This document shows, one piece after another, positions 15,436-26,846 of a stretch of DNA of 64,000 nucleotides. A program made the translations under genes and the position numbers. Source of the DNA: Candidatus Aldehydirespirator sp. (lineage in GTDB: Bacteria; Actinomycetota; Acidimicrobiia; Acidimicrobiales; Aldehydirespiratoraceae); NCBI GenBank assembly GCA_965220645.1, contig OZ244836.1:2112237-2176236 (forward strand). The letters run 5' to 3'. The notes under the pieces were generated by a model. The model was given only the letters and a program-made list of their open reading frames with translations. It had not been told where the DNA came from and made no database searches. Numbering within the stretch: position 1 is the first letter of the stretch; every line of letters starts with the position of its first letter.

Positions 15436-15497
15436 GGAATTGAACCCCTGACCTCTTCCATGCCATGGAAGCGCTCTACCAACTGAGCTATAGCCCC
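15425..15497 (-). tRNA. tRNA-Ala (anticodon GGC)
   Basis: 73-nt cloverleaf. Acceptor GGGGCUA/UAGCUCC with G3:U70, anticodon loop AUGGCAU, T-arm AGGGG-UUCAAUU-CCCCU. CCA is not encoded. Confidence 0.9.
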
Positions 15498-15556
15498 GAG
15501 GGTCCCGACAGGTTAGCGGGTCCTCGTGCGGGGCCGTCATGGCTCTACCCGTTGTC

Positions 15557-16498
15557 TCAGTGAGAGTGGCTCGGCGGTCGGGCGTCGACCGGGAATGAAC
15601 CGTTGCCGTTCTCGTCCGGCGGCGCCCACATCCAGCACCGGGTTGTTCCGTCGGGGAAGTGCCGGTGCCCGAACAGCGTGCTGTCAGGGAGCAACGCGTA
15701 GGAGATCTCGAACGGGTCGCCTCGGTGGTCGTCGAGGTCGTGGTGGGTGTTGACGTGGTCCACCACCGGGCAGACGGGGCGAGCCACTGGGGTGGTCGTG
15801 CCGGATCCGGGGTTGTTGGTTCCGGGGTTGCGTGACCCGGAGTTACCGGATCCGGACTTGCCGGTGTTCGCGCCCGCTCCGGATCCGCCCGAGTTGGAGT
15901 CGCTCCTCTGGAGCGCCCGGTACAGCAACACGGCCCCCTGCTGGCGGCTGACCGGATCGTCGGGGCAGTAGCGCAGCGGTTCGGTGGCGCAGCCGTTGGT
16001 GATGTCCGCCCTCTCGACCGCAGCGATGTTCCTGGCGTGGACGCTGCCGGGATCAACATCGGTGAACACGCCGCGCCGGCCGGCTCTGAGATCGAACGCG
16101 CGGGCCAGGAACGACGCCATCTGTGCTCGCGTGGTGTGATCCTCGCCGCAGAATCGGAATGGCTCGGTGTCGCAACCCAAGGTCACGCCCTCCCGAGCCA
16201 CCGCGGCCACCGCGCCGGCGATGGTCGTGTCGGCAGGCACGTCGGCGATCGAGACCGTCTCGCCGGCCTCGAGATCGAGAGCATTTGCGAACCACAGGGC
16301 GGCCTCCCAGCGCAGCAAGTCGCCGTCGCAGGACTCAGTCGAGCAGTTGGTGCCGGCCAGGACGCCGGCCCGCTCCAGGGATCTGACCGCCTCGTCGGCG
16401 GCAGGCCACGCCGCGGCAGCCGGGGACCCGGTCGCTGCAAGCACCGCCGAGAGGGTTGCCGCGGTCACGAGAGCCGTCCAGAACTTTCTCGTCGTCAT
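15557..16498 (-). CDS. Secreted protein with three SLH-like repeats
   Basis: Signal peptide (LVTAATLSAVLAATGSPAAAA). Three repeats of the type F.DV....HA..IAAV...GIT.GC...P..FCP...V.R.Q.A.FL.RA. G/S/N-rich linker. Confidence 0.6.
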   Translation of the reverse strand: MTTRKFWTALVTAATLSAVLAATGSPAAAAWPAADEAVRSLERAGVLAGTNCSTESCDGDLLRWEAALWFANALDLEAGETVSIADVPADTTIAGAVAAVAREGVTLGCDTEPFRFCGEDHTTRAQMASFLARAFDLRAGRRGVFTDVDPGSVHARNIAAVERADITNGCATEPLRYCPDDPVSRQQGAVLLYRALQRSDSNSGGSGAGANTGKSGSGNSGSRNPGTNNPGSGTTTPVARPVCPVVDHVNTHHDLDDHRGDPFEISYALLPDSTLFGHRHFPDGTTRCWMWAPPDENGNGSFPVDARPPSHSH

Positions 16499-16581
16499 GT
16501 CCAGTCATCGCCATGGCGACTGGATCATTTCGCTTGTTCAAGTTCCTCAGGCCCGGCCCATGGCGCCGCGGTCGTGGGCGC

Positions 16582-17610
16582 TCAGGCTGCTTTGATCTCC
16601 TCGATGATGGGGCCCCAGCGTTCCTTGTCGCGCACGCCGGCGTAGAACTGGAGCCGGTCGAGTGTGTCGCCGAAGCGCTCGGCTATGCGCCCCGGCACCT
16701 CGTGGGGTTCGGCCACGACGGCGAACGCTCCGAGCATGTCGTCGTCGATCACGTTGCCCATCTCGACCCATTGCCCCCGCTTCGACAGGCGGTTGAGCTC
16801 GGTCTGGGCGTCGCCCCAGCCGTGATGCTCCAGCACGCCCCGGTAGGCGGGCGTCGACCCGTAGAAGGCGATCTGCTGGCGGGTCCGGGCCGCCTGGGCC
16901 GCGACCTCCTCCTCGCGGAACCCCGACACCACGAACACCGGCATCGAGAGCTGGAAGTCGGACCGGTCCCGCCCCGCCTCGGCCAGCCCGGCGTGCACGT
17001 TGGGCATCATCACGTCGCGCAGGTACTCGGCCGTCTGGAAGGCGTGGCACACCAGCCCGTCCGCGGCCCGACCGGCCACCCTGGTCATCAGCGGACCCAC
17101 GGCCGAGATCAGGATGGGCGGGGGCGCCACGTCGATGGGGCCGGGGCTGAACATGGGCGTCATCAGGGTGTGGCGGTAGAAGGCGCCCCGGAAGTTGAGG
17201 CGCTCGCCGGTCTGCCAGGCCTCCCAGATGGCTCGGATGGCGGTGATCATCTCCTCCATGCGGGCCGCGGGCCGCGACCAGGGCATCGAGAAGCGCTTGG
17301 TGATGTGAGCCTGGATCTGGCTGCCGAGCCCGAGCAGGAACCGCCCGCCCGACAATGCCTGCAGGTCCCAGGCCGTGTGGGCCAGCACCATCGGGTTGCG
17401 GGCGAAGCCCACCGCGATGGCGGTCATCAACTCGATGCGCTCGGTGTGCTCGGCCGCCAGCGCGAGGGGCAGGAACGGGTCGTGGCTGGTCTCAGCCGAC
17501 AGCAGCCCGCTGTAGCCGTCCTGCTCCATCATCCGGGCCCGGGCGCCGATCCCGGCTAGTTCTTGGCTGCTGGACGCCTCCGGGAGGCCGATCCAGGCGT
17601 CGATCTTCAT
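16582..17610 (-). CDS. LLM-class (luciferase-like) F420-dependent oxidoreductase
   Basis: 342 aa, luciferase-like monooxygenase fold pattern (GRFLLGLGSQ..., ...AFYGSTPAYR...). Confidence 0.75.
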   Translation of the reverse strand: MKIDAWIGLPEASSSQELAGIGARARMMEQDGYSGLLSAETSHDPFLPLALAAEHTERIELMTAIAVGFARNPMVLAHTAWDLQALSGGRFLLGLGSQIQAHITKRFSMPWSRPAARMEEMITAIRAIWEAWQTGERLNFRGAFYRHTLMTPMFSPGPIDVAPPPILISAVGPLMTRVAGRAADGLVCHAFQTAEYLRDVMMPNVHAGLAEAGRDRSDFQLSMPVFVVSGFREEEVAAQAARTRQQIAFYGSTPAYRGVLEHHGWGDAQTELNRLSKRGQWVEMGNVIDDDMLGAFAVVAEPHEVPGRIAERFGDTLDRLQFYAGVRDKERWGPIIEEIKAA

Positions 17611-17630
17611 GGGTGGTCTCCCTGCGGGGT

Positions 17631-17690
17631 TTGGCTGAATCCGGGTTAACCGGACTGAGGTTGGCGGAATCGGGAATTGGCTGAATCCGG
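17631..17690. promoter_or_regulatory. Three direct repeats TTGGCTGAATCCGG / TTGGCGGAATCGGG / TTGGCTGAATCCGG in a divergent promoter region
   Basis: Copies at 17631-17644, 17661-17674 and 17677-17690, between the LLM oxidoreductase (-) and thioredoxin-like (+) starts. Confidence 0.4.
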
Positions 17691-17711
17691 CGCGACGTCC
17701 GATACGTTGCG

Positions 17712-18437
17712 GTGCTGATGGCCGACATTACCGACGCCACGTTCCAAGCCCAAGTAGTGGAGCGGTCCGGGACCGTTCCGGTGATCGTGGATCTCTGGGC
17801 CGAATGGTGCGAGCCGTGCCGGCAGCTGACCCCGCTACTCGAGAAGGTGGTGGCCGAGACCAACGGAGCGGTCGAGCTGGCCAAGGTTGACATCGAGAAG
17901 AACCCGCAGGTGGCGCAGGCGTTCCGGGTTCAGTCGATCCCGGCGGTCTACGCCATGGTGGACGGCCAGGTCGCCGACGGCTTCCTCGGGGCCCAGGGCG
18001 AAGCCGCCGTGCGCGAGTTCGTGCAGCGGCTGCTGTCGACTCCGGAAATGACCGAGATCGAGAAGCTGATCGCCGCGGGCGACGAGGCCTCTCTGCGAGC
18101 CGCACTGGAGATCGAGTCGGACAACGTGGCCGCGGTGACCGCTCTGGCCGCGCTGCTGATAGACGGCGGCCGCGCCGACGAAGCGACCGGGTTGCTGGAA
18201 CGGGTCCCCGAGACCCCGGAGAGCCGCCGCTTGATCGCCCTCGCTCGAGTGCAGGGCTCGGATGACGCCCCGGCTGGCGGTGCTTCCGGCATTGAGGCCG
18301 AGCTGGCCGAACTGCTGCCCTCGGTAAGGGCCGATGAGGACGCCCGCCAGCGTTTCGTCGACCTGCTGGAGGTGCTCGGATCCGACGATCCCCGGACCTC
18401 GACCTGGCGTAAGCGGCTCTCGACCGCGCTGTTCTAG
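17712..18437 (+). CDS. Thioredoxin-domain protein with TPR-like C-terminus (YbbN/CnoX-like)
   Basis: WAEWCEPCRQL thioredoxin motif followed by a helical repeat C-terminal half. Confidence 0.8.
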   Translation: MLMADITDATFQAQVVERSGTVPVIVDLWAEWCEPCRQLTPLLEKVVAETNGAVELAKVDIEKNPQVAQAFRVQSIPAVYAMVDGQVADGFLGAQGEAAVREFVQRLLSTPEMTEIEKLIAAGDEASLRAALEIESDNVAAVTALAALLIDGGRADEATGLLERVPETPESRRLIALARVQGSDDAPAGGASGIEAELAELLPSVRADEDARQRFVDLLEVLGSDDPRTSTWRKRLSTALF

Positions 18438-18673
18438 GGGCCGCGCGGCAATACGACCGCTCTGGAAACGGATGGTTCCTTCTTGACGTAGTTCTGCCGC
18501 TATGAGGTGCACAACCACGTCAATTTGCGGTACCGGCACGGCCGCGGCCAACCGCCGGTCAGGCGCCGCGGGCCGCCGGGTGCCGGACTGAATTGAAGGG
18601 CGCTATTCTCACTGGCGGCTAGCCGGCCGCCTCCCCGTGTCGGCCTGATTGCAGGCTTCGCGGGAGACACGCA

Positions 18674-19384
18674 GTGGGCACACCACCGGTTGGCGAGAAC
18701 CAACGCAAGCTCGCCGTGCCGTCTCCGGGAGCACTGGCCGACCGCTTGGGCGTGTCGGTGGCGACGGTGGTTCTCGGTGTGCTCGCGGTCGCCTCGGCCG
18801 CGATCGGGGGCTGGTGGGCGCTGCGCGCTCCGCCCGGCCCGGACCCGGCGGAGATACTCCCCATGGCCGGCTCGGTTGAGATACCCACTCCAGAACCGTC
18901 GCCGGTGCGGGATCCAGGTCGGATCATGGTGGACGTGGTCGGGGCTGTGGCCCGTCCCGGCTTGCACGAGTTGCCCGCGGCCAGCCGCGTCGCCGACGCC
19001 GTGGCCGCCGCGGGCGGGCTCACGGCCGAAGCCGACCGGGTACGGCTCAACCTGGCCGAGCCGCTGAGCGACGGATCGCGCCTGTGGGTTCCGGCGGTGG
19101 GGGAGTCGGCGGGACCCGAGGTCGTGCCGATCACGTCCGGCCCGGGCGACGGCAGCCCGGAAACGAGCGCCGCCGCGGGAGGTGCACCGCTGAACGTCAA
19201 CACCGCCAGCGCGGCCGCGCTCGAAGCGCTGCCTGGCATCGGCCCGGCACTGGCCGCAGCCATCGTCGAGCACCGTCAGCGCTCCGGCCCGTTCGCCACT
19301 GTCGACGAACTCGTCGAGGTGTCCGGCATCGGTCCGGTCAAGCTCGAGCAGATCCGTCCCCTGGCGACGGTGGACGGCCCGTGA
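18674..19384 (+). CDS. comEA: ComEA family DNA-binding protein
   Basis: N-terminal TM, SLBB-like middle, C-terminal tandem helix-hairpin-helix (LNVNTASAAALEALPGIGPALAAAIVEHR...GIGPVKLEQI). Confidence 0.8.
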   Translation: MGTPPVGENQRKLAVPSPGALADRLGVSVATVVLGVLAVASAAIGGWWALRAPPGPDPAEILPMAGSVEIPTPEPSPVRDPGRIMVDVVGAVARPGLHELPAASRVADAVAAAGGLTAEADRVRLNLAEPLSDGSRLWVPAVGESAGPEVVPITSGPGDGSPETSAAAGGAPLNVNTASAAALEALPGIGPALAAAIVEHRQRSGPFATVDELVEVSGIGPVKLEQIRPLATVDGP

Positions 19385-19426
19385 GGGAATGGCCCGTGGC
19401 TGTGGACGGCCAGTGAGAGAACGGCC

Positions 19427-21271
19427 GTGATGGCGCGCCAGGCGACGGTGGAGCAGATCCGCGAGTGCTGGGGCGGGCCGGCGATGCCCTACGCGGCCGC
19501 AGCCGGTGCGGTGGCGGGGTCGTGGCTGCTGATCGGAGTCCCGCTCGCAGTGGCGGCGGCGCTGGCCGCGGCATGCCTGTGGAGGCCGAGCCCGCTCCTC
19601 GTGCTGGCTGCCGTTGCGGCCTTCGCCGGGTTCTTCGGTTCCAGAGCCCTGGACGGACTCGCCGATCCGCCCGACGGACCCCTGGAGGGCTGGGTCACCC
19701 TGCTCGACGACCCCAGGCCGCTGGGCACCCACGGGATCAGAGTCACGGTCCGCCACAGCGACTCCAGGTTGGAGGCCAGAGCCTACGGAGCGGTGGCCGC
19801 CCGGCTGGACGACGCTCTGTCCGGAGAGCGGGTGCACATCTCGGGGACGGCCCGGCCCGCCGGGAGCGACTGGCACCGCTGGCGGCATGTCGCGGCGACT
19901 GTGAGCGTCAACGCCGTCGGCGAGCGGGCCGGGGCCGCGCCGCTGACGGCATTCACCAACCGGGTGAGACGGCTGCTGGAGTCGGGAGCCCGCAGCCTGC
20001 CCGACGACAGCCGGGCCATGTTCGCGGGGATGGTCTACGGCGACGACCGCAGCCAGTCGCCCCGCCTGTACGACGACTTCCGGGCCGCGGGCCTCGGCCA
20101 CCTGCTGGTGGTGTCGGGCCAGAACGTCGCCTTCGTGCTCGCGCTGGCCTCGCCGCTGGCGGTCCGGGCCCGTCCCGGTGTCCGGCTGATCGTGCTGCTG
20201 GCGCTGCTGGCGGTGTTCGCGGTGCTAACCCGCTTCGAGCCGTCAGTGCTGCGGGCGGTGACCATGGCGGGAGTGGCCGTGACCAGCGCCGCGCTGGGAC
20301 GGCCCGAGACGGGCCGCCGGACCCTGGCCTGGGCAGTGGCCGCGGTACTGGTGGCCGATCCGTTCCTCGTGCGAGTCCTGGCCTTCCAGCTCTCGGTGTG
20401 CGCGACCTGCGGCCTGTTGTGGATCACCCCCACGCTGACCGAGCTGCTGCCCGGTCCCCGCCCTCTGAGGCTGGCGGCGGCGACCACGGCCGGCGCGCAG
20501 CTGGCGGTGATGCCGCTGCTGGTGGCGGTGTTCGGCACCGTTCCTTTGGCCTCGCTCCCGGCCAACGTGATCGCCGGGCCGGCGTCGGCGCCGGTCATGA
20601 TGTGGGGACTCACCGGAGGGCTCGGCGCCGGCCTGTTCGGTGGACCTGTCGCGTGGTTGATCCACCGGCCAACCGCCGCGCTGTTGTGGTGGGTGCGAAG
20701 CGTCGCCGCAGCCGCCGCGGCCGCGCCCGCGGCGGTGCTCGGTGCCGGCGGCGCGGCGATGGTGGGAGCCGGGGTTGCCCTGGTGCTGGCCTCCCGCAGG
20801 CTGGAGCGAGCCAGGGCGCTGGCGGTGCTGGGCGCGGCGGTGGTCGCAGTTGTCCTCGTTCACAGCGTGCTCGCGGCGGCGTCGCCGGTGCCGGGCTGGT
20901 CGGAGGTTGCCGGCGCCCGGCTGTTCCGCCACGAGTCGACGGTCGTAGCCGTCCTGGACGAGCCGGCGAGGCCTCGGGACCTGCTGGAGTCGCTGCGCCT
21001 CGCGGGCGTTCGCCGGTTGGATCTGGTGGTGGCGTCCCACGGGGGCGCGTCGGACGCTCACGCCGTGCTGGCACTGCGCGACCGCTACCGGAGGGCGGTC
21101 GTCGTGGCCCCGCCCATGCATCGGGTGCCGGGTGCCCGTACCGTCCGGGCCGGCGACGTGGTGCGGGTCGGCGCGGTGGCGGTGGAGGTCGCCGCCGACG
21201 AGCCGGAGCTCGCCGTCGACATCGTCCACTCCGCCCCTTCCGAAATTCCTGTAGAAAAGGTCCTCAGGTGA
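19427..21271 (+). CDS. comEC: ComEC/Rec2 family competence protein
   Basis: 614-aa polytopic protein immediately after comEA. Competence-domain motif region GLGHLLVVSGQNVA. Confidence 0.8.
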   Translation: MMARQATVEQIRECWGGPAMPYAAAAGAVAGSWLLIGVPLAVAAALAAACLWRPSPLLVLAAVAAFAGFFGSRALDGLADPPDGPLEGWVTLLDDPRPLGTHGIRVTVRHSDSRLEARAYGAVAARLDDALSGERVHISGTARPAGSDWHRWRHVAATVSVNAVGERAGAAPLTAFTNRVRRLLESGARSLPDDSRAMFAGMVYGDDRSQSPRLYDDFRAAGLGHLLVVSGQNVAFVLALASPLAVRARPGVRLIVLLALLAVFAVLTRFEPSVLRAVTMAGVAVTSAALGRPETGRRTLAWAVAAVLVADPFLVRVLAFQLSVCATCGLLWITPTLTELLPGPRPLRLAAATTAGAQLAVMPLLVAVFGTVPLASLPANVIAGPASAPVMMWGLTGGLGAGLFGGPVAWLIHRPTAALLWWVRSVAAAAAAAPAAVLGAGGAAMVGAGVALVLASRRLERARALAVLGAAVVAVVLVHSVLAAASPVPGWSEVAGARLFRHESTVVAVLDEPARPRDLLESLRLAGVRRLDLVVASHGGASDAHAVLALRDRYRRAVVVAPPMHRVPGARTVRAGDVVRVGAVAVEVAADEPELAVDIVHSAPSEIPVEKVLR

Positions 21272-21320
21272 CCACTGCCACAAGAATTTCGGAACGGGGC
21301 CGGGTGGCGCCCACCGGCCG

Positions 21321-22337
21321 GTGAGTGTCCAGCTCGTCACCGGCGACGATCCGGTGCTGATGGCCGAGGCGGTGACGAGGATCGTCAAGGAGACGCTGGG
21401 CGTGCAGGACCGCAGCCTCGCCCTGGAACAGCTCGACGAGGCCAGCCTCAGACACCCCGACGGGGAGTGGCGCCTCGCCCCGCTCGTGGATGCGGCCCAG
21501 ACGGAGCCGTTCCTGACCTCCCGGCGGGTGGTGGTGGGACGCCATCTGGCCCGCTTCGCCCGCTCCGGCGACTGCGACGACCTGGTGCGCCTGCTGGAGA
21601 CGCTGCCCGCCACCACCGACCTGGTGCTGGTGTGGGAGCGGGGAGTGGAGCCCGTGATGGGCGGCCGCCTGCCAACGGTGCCCAAGGCCCTCAAGGACGC
21701 AGTGAAGGCGGCCGGGGGCAGTTCGCTGGACGTGACCCCGCCGAGGGGCAAGTCCGATGCTCACAAGTGGCTGAAGAATCAGCTCGAGCAGTCGGGTCTG
21801 GATTTCGAGCCGGCCGCGGTGACCGCGGTGGACGACCTGGTGGGCGCGGACCGAGGCAACGTCGTCGGGCTGCTGCGAACCCTGGAGGGTGCGTTGGGTT
21901 CGGGCGCGACCGTCACCGCCGACGACGTGGCCGTTTACGGCGGGGATCCCGGCTCGGTGGTTCCCTGGGAGCTCGACGACGCCATCGACCGCGGCGACAT
22001 CACCGAGGCGCTGAGGGTCCTGCACCGCTTGCTGCCGTCGCGCCATTCGCTGCAGTTGCTGGCCGCGCTGCACGGCCGGTACCAGCGGATGCTGCGCCTC
22101 GACGGCGCGGGCGCGGCCGATGAGCGCCAGGCCGCGGAGATCCTGGGAATGAAAGGCTCGACATTCCCGGCCCGCAAGATCCTGGGCCAGACCCGCAGGC
22201 TTGGCTCTGAGCGAGTCGCCCGGGCCATCCGCCTGCTGGCCGACGCTGATCTAGTCCTGCGGGGAACGATCGACTGGCCCGAGGAGCTGGTGCTCGAGGT
22301 GCTGGTCGCCCGGCTGGCTGCTCTGTCGGCCCGCTGA
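21321..22337 (+). CDS. holA: DNA polymerase III subunit delta
   Basis: 338 aa in the conserved position comEC-holA-(rpsT). Delta-subunit-like N-terminus ([14 protein letters not shown]). Confidence 0.75.
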   Translation: MSVQLVTGDDPVLMAEAVTRIVKETLGVQDRSLALEQLDEASLRHPDGEWRLAPLVDAAQTEPFLTSRRVVVGRHLARFARSGDCDDLVRLLETLPATTDLVLVWERGVEPVMGGRLPTVPKALKDAVKAAGGSSLDVTPPRGKSDAHKWLKNQLEQSGLDFEPAAVTAVDDLVGADRGNVVGLLRTLEGALGSGATVTADDVAVYGGDPGSVVPWELDDAIDRGDITEALRVLHRLLPSRHSLQLLAALHGRYQRMLRLDGAGAADERQAAEILGMKGSTFPARKILGQTRRLGSERVARAIRLLADADLVLRGTIDWPEELVLEVLVARLAALSAR

Positions 22338-22339
22338 AC

Positions 22340-22618
22340 CTAGGCGTCTTCGGACCGGAGGCTCTCGATCTCGCGAACCAGGTGGCTCTTGCGGCGGGCC
22401 GCGGTGTTCTTGTGGATCACGCCCTTGGCTGCCGCCTTGTCGATCCGCTTGATGGCCTGGCGCAACTCCTCGGCGCCAGCCTCGTCGTCGTGCTCGACCG
22501 CGGCCAGCGCCGCCTTGCTCCGGGTGTTGATCTCGGAACGGACGGTGCGGTTGCGCAGGCGGAGCTTCTCGTTCTGCCGGTTGCGCTTGATCTGAGACTT
22601 GATGTTGGCCACACTCAC
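22340..22618 (-). CDS. rpsT: 30S ribosomal protein S20
   Basis: [15 protein letters not shown]...[16 protein letters not shown]. The start may be the second GTG (22612). Confidence 0.9.
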   Translation of the reverse strand: MSVANIKSQIKRNRQNEKLRLRNRTVRSEINTRSKAALAAVEHDDEAGAEELRQAIKRIDKAAAKGVIHKNTAARRKSHLVREIESLRSEDA

Positions 22619-22720
22619 CTGCCGGTCGTCTTGGGGTCGCTGGGCCGAGGGTCGAGGCTAGCGTTGCTGGGCCGTCGTCCCACCGCCGCGGCCCTCCCTC
22701 GGGAGCCGATCGAGAGCCCT

Positions 22721-24505
<1,785 letters not shown>

Positions 24506-24515
24506 CATCTCGGGC

Positions 24516-25508
24516 ATGCTCGACGACCGCAAGGCCGCCATCCTCTACGCCGTCGTTCAGGAGTACATCCGCACCGCCCAGCCGGTGGGTTCGATCCGCG
24601 TGGCGCGCTCGCCGGGGGTGGATGCGTCGTCGGCGACGGTGCGCAGCGAGATGGTCGCGCTGTCCGAGCAGGAGTACCTGGTCCAGCCCCACACCAGCGC
24701 TGGCCGGATGCCGACCGTGAAGGGCTACCGCTTCTTCGTCGACCAGTGGCGGCGGCGCTCGCCCTCGCCCACCCTCGACTCCGCCGACCGCCGGCAGGTC
24801 AACGACTTCTTCTCGGTTCCCCACGGCGGGTTCGAGTCGATCCTCAGCGACACCACCGGGCTGCTGTCGGACCTGACCGACTGGACTGCGGTGGTGGTGG
24901 CGCCCAGCCCCGCGGCAGCCACCGTCCGCTCGGCCCAGCTCGTGGAGCTGGCCACCGGCACCGTCATGGTGGTGGCGGTCATGTCCAACGGCGTGATCGA
25001 GAAGCGCACCCTCGACGTACCCACCGACACCACCCCGGAGGTGGTGGCCGACGCGTCGGAGCGGCTCGCCCGACGGGTGGTGGGGCGGACCCTGGCCGAC
25101 ATCGACGAATCCGACCGGCCCGACGACAGGCTGCTGGCCGCGGCCATCGCCGCGCTGCGCGAGGCCCGCGCCCACCACGAGGTGTTCGTGGGCGGCACCT
25201 TCAAGCTGGCCGCCGCCTTCGACGCGGTGGAGCAGCTCAGCGAGGTGCTGGGGCTTCTGGAGCAGCAACTGGTGGTGGTGACGCTTATGCGCCGGGTGCT
25301 CGACCGGGGCCTGCGGGTCGCCATCGGGGAGGAGACCGGCGTGCCCTCGCTGGCCGAGTGCTCACTGGTTCTCGCCCCCTACAGCACCGAGGGCACCGAC
25401 GGCGGGACGATCGGCGTCATCGGACCCACCCGGATGGACTATCCGCAGGCGCTGTCGGCAGTGACGGCGGTGAGCCGCCGCCTCGGCCCGGCCCTGAGCG
25501 ACGTCTGA
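24516..25508 (+). CDS. hrcA: Heat-inducible transcription repressor HrcA
   Basis: MLDDRKAAILYAVVQEYIRTAQPVGS N-terminus. Position upstream of dnaJ. Confidence 0.9.
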   Translation: MLDDRKAAILYAVVQEYIRTAQPVGSIRVARSPGVDASSATVRSEMVALSEQEYLVQPHTSAGRMPTVKGYRFFVDQWRRRSPSPTLDSADRRQVNDFFSVPHGGFESILSDTTGLLSDLTDWTAVVVAPSPAAATVRSAQLVELATGTVMVVAVMSNGVIEKRTLDVPTDTTPEVVADASERLARRVVGRTLADIDESDRPDDRLLAAAIAALREARAHHEVFVGGTFKLAAAFDAVEQLSEVLGLLEQQLVVVTLMRRVLDRGLRVAIGEETGVPSLAECSLVLAPYSTEGTDGGTIGVIGPTRMDYPQALSAVTAVSRRLGPALSDV

Positions 25509-25555
25509 GATGGCTGATCGCTGGGAGCCGGCGCCGGTTCTGAGCGAAGTCTGAC

Positions 25556-26674
25556 ATGGCCGACCACTACGAGACGCTGGGGGTGGCGCGCGACGCCACC
25601 GACGAGGAGATAAAGCGGGCCTACCGCAAGATGGCCCGCCAGTACCATCCCGACGCCAATCCGGGCGATCCCACCGCCGAGACCCGTTTCAAGGAGGTCA
25701 GCGCGGCCTACGAGGTGCTGTCCGATGCCGAGCGGCGCTCGCTGTACGACCGCTTCGGCACCGACGACCTGCGCGAGGCCCGCATGTCCGATCCGTTCAG
25801 CGGGGGGCTGGGCAGCATCTTCGACGCGTTCTTCGGCGGCGACTCGCCCTTCGGGGGCTTCAGCTCGCCTGGTCGGCGGGCGGGGCCGCCTCCCGGAGAG
25901 GATCTGGAGGCCCACATCGACCTCGATCTTCACGACGTGGTGTTCGGTGCCGAGCGAGAGGTGAGCGTGCGCACCGCGGTGCACTGCGAGTCGTGCGACG
26001 GCAGCGGCGCCGAGACGGGCACTTCGCCGGTGCGGTGCTCGCAGTGCGGCGGTTCGGGACAGGTTCGCAAGGTGCGCCAGTCGATGCTGGGCCAGATGGT
26101 GACCGCGGCGGCTTGCGACCTCTGCGGGGGCTTGGGCGAGATGATCGAGCAGCCGTGCAGCGACTGCGAGGGCCACGGGCGCAAGCTGGAGCGGCGCACC
26201 TACAGCGTCCAGGTGCCGGTTGGAGTGGACGACGGCACCACGTTGCGGCTCAGCGGCAGGGGAGCGGCCGGACCCCGCGGCGGCGCCCACGGCGACCTCT
26301 ATGTCCACACCAGGGTCCGTCCCCACCCGCGGTTCCATCGCAGCGGCAGCGACCTGGTGCATGAGCTGCACGTGCCGTTCACCCAGGCCGCTTTGGGGGC
26401 TCGACTCGAGTACGAGACGCTCGACGGCACCGAGGAGATCGTGATTCCCAGGGGGACCGAGACGGGTGCGGTGCTTCGGCTGCGGGGCCGCGGCGTTCCG
26501 CACGTGCGGGGCCGCGGCCGTGGCGATCTGCTCATCCAGTTGATGGTGGACGTGCCCGACGATCTCACCGACGAGCAGGAGGAGCTGGTGCGCCGGCTGG
26601 CCGAGCTGAGGGGCGAGGACGTCGCCGAACCGAGCGAGAGCCTGCTGGGTCGGATCCGCACCGCGTTTCGGTGA
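25556..26674 (+). CDS. dnaJ: Molecular chaperone DnaJ
   Basis: J-domain HPD (QYHPDANP), G/F region, four CxxCxGxG zinc motifs. Confidence 0.95.
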   Translation: MADHYETLGVARDATDEEIKRAYRKMARQYHPDANPGDPTAETRFKEVSAAYEVLSDAERRSLYDRFGTDDLREARMSDPFSGGLGSIFDAFFGGDSPFGGFSSPGRRAGPPPGEDLEAHIDLDLHDVVFGAEREVSVRTAVHCESCDGSGAETGTSPVRCSQCGGSGQVRKVRQSMLGQMVTAAACDLCGGLGEMIEQPCSDCEGHGRKLERRTYSVQVPVGVDDGTTLRLSGRGAAGPRGGAHGDLYVHTRVRPHPRFHRSGSDLVHELHVPFTQAALGARLEYETLDGTEEIVIPRGTETGAVLRLRGRGVPHVRGRGRGDLLIQLMVDVPDDLTDEQEELVRRLAELRGEDVAEPSESLLGRIRTAFR

Positions 26675-26685
26675 GCAGTGCGGGG

Positions 26686-26823
26686 GCGTGGATCTCGGGT
26701 TGGAATCGTGGAGTGGCTCCACACAGACAGCCCGAGAATCGTGAGATCGGCGTGGCGTGGATCTCGGGTTGGAATCGTGGAGTGGCTCCACACAGACAGC
26801 CCGAGAATCGTGAGATCGGCGTG
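26686..26823. repeat. Tandem duplication, 69 bp x 2, intergenic dnaJ-rsmE
   Basis: Two identical units starting at 26686 and 26755. Each unit contains the hairpin GTGGAG-TGG-CTCCAC and the imperfect inverted pair GATCTCGGG / CCCGAGAATC. Confidence 0.85.
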
Positions 26824-26846
26824 GCGGCGCCGGTGGGGGCAGACCG

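Noticed and set aside
22382-22720. Upstream extension of the lepA ORF (track start 22382).
   Set aside because: It runs antisense through rpsT. LepA homologs start at [21 protein letters not shown], which corresponds to ATG 22721.
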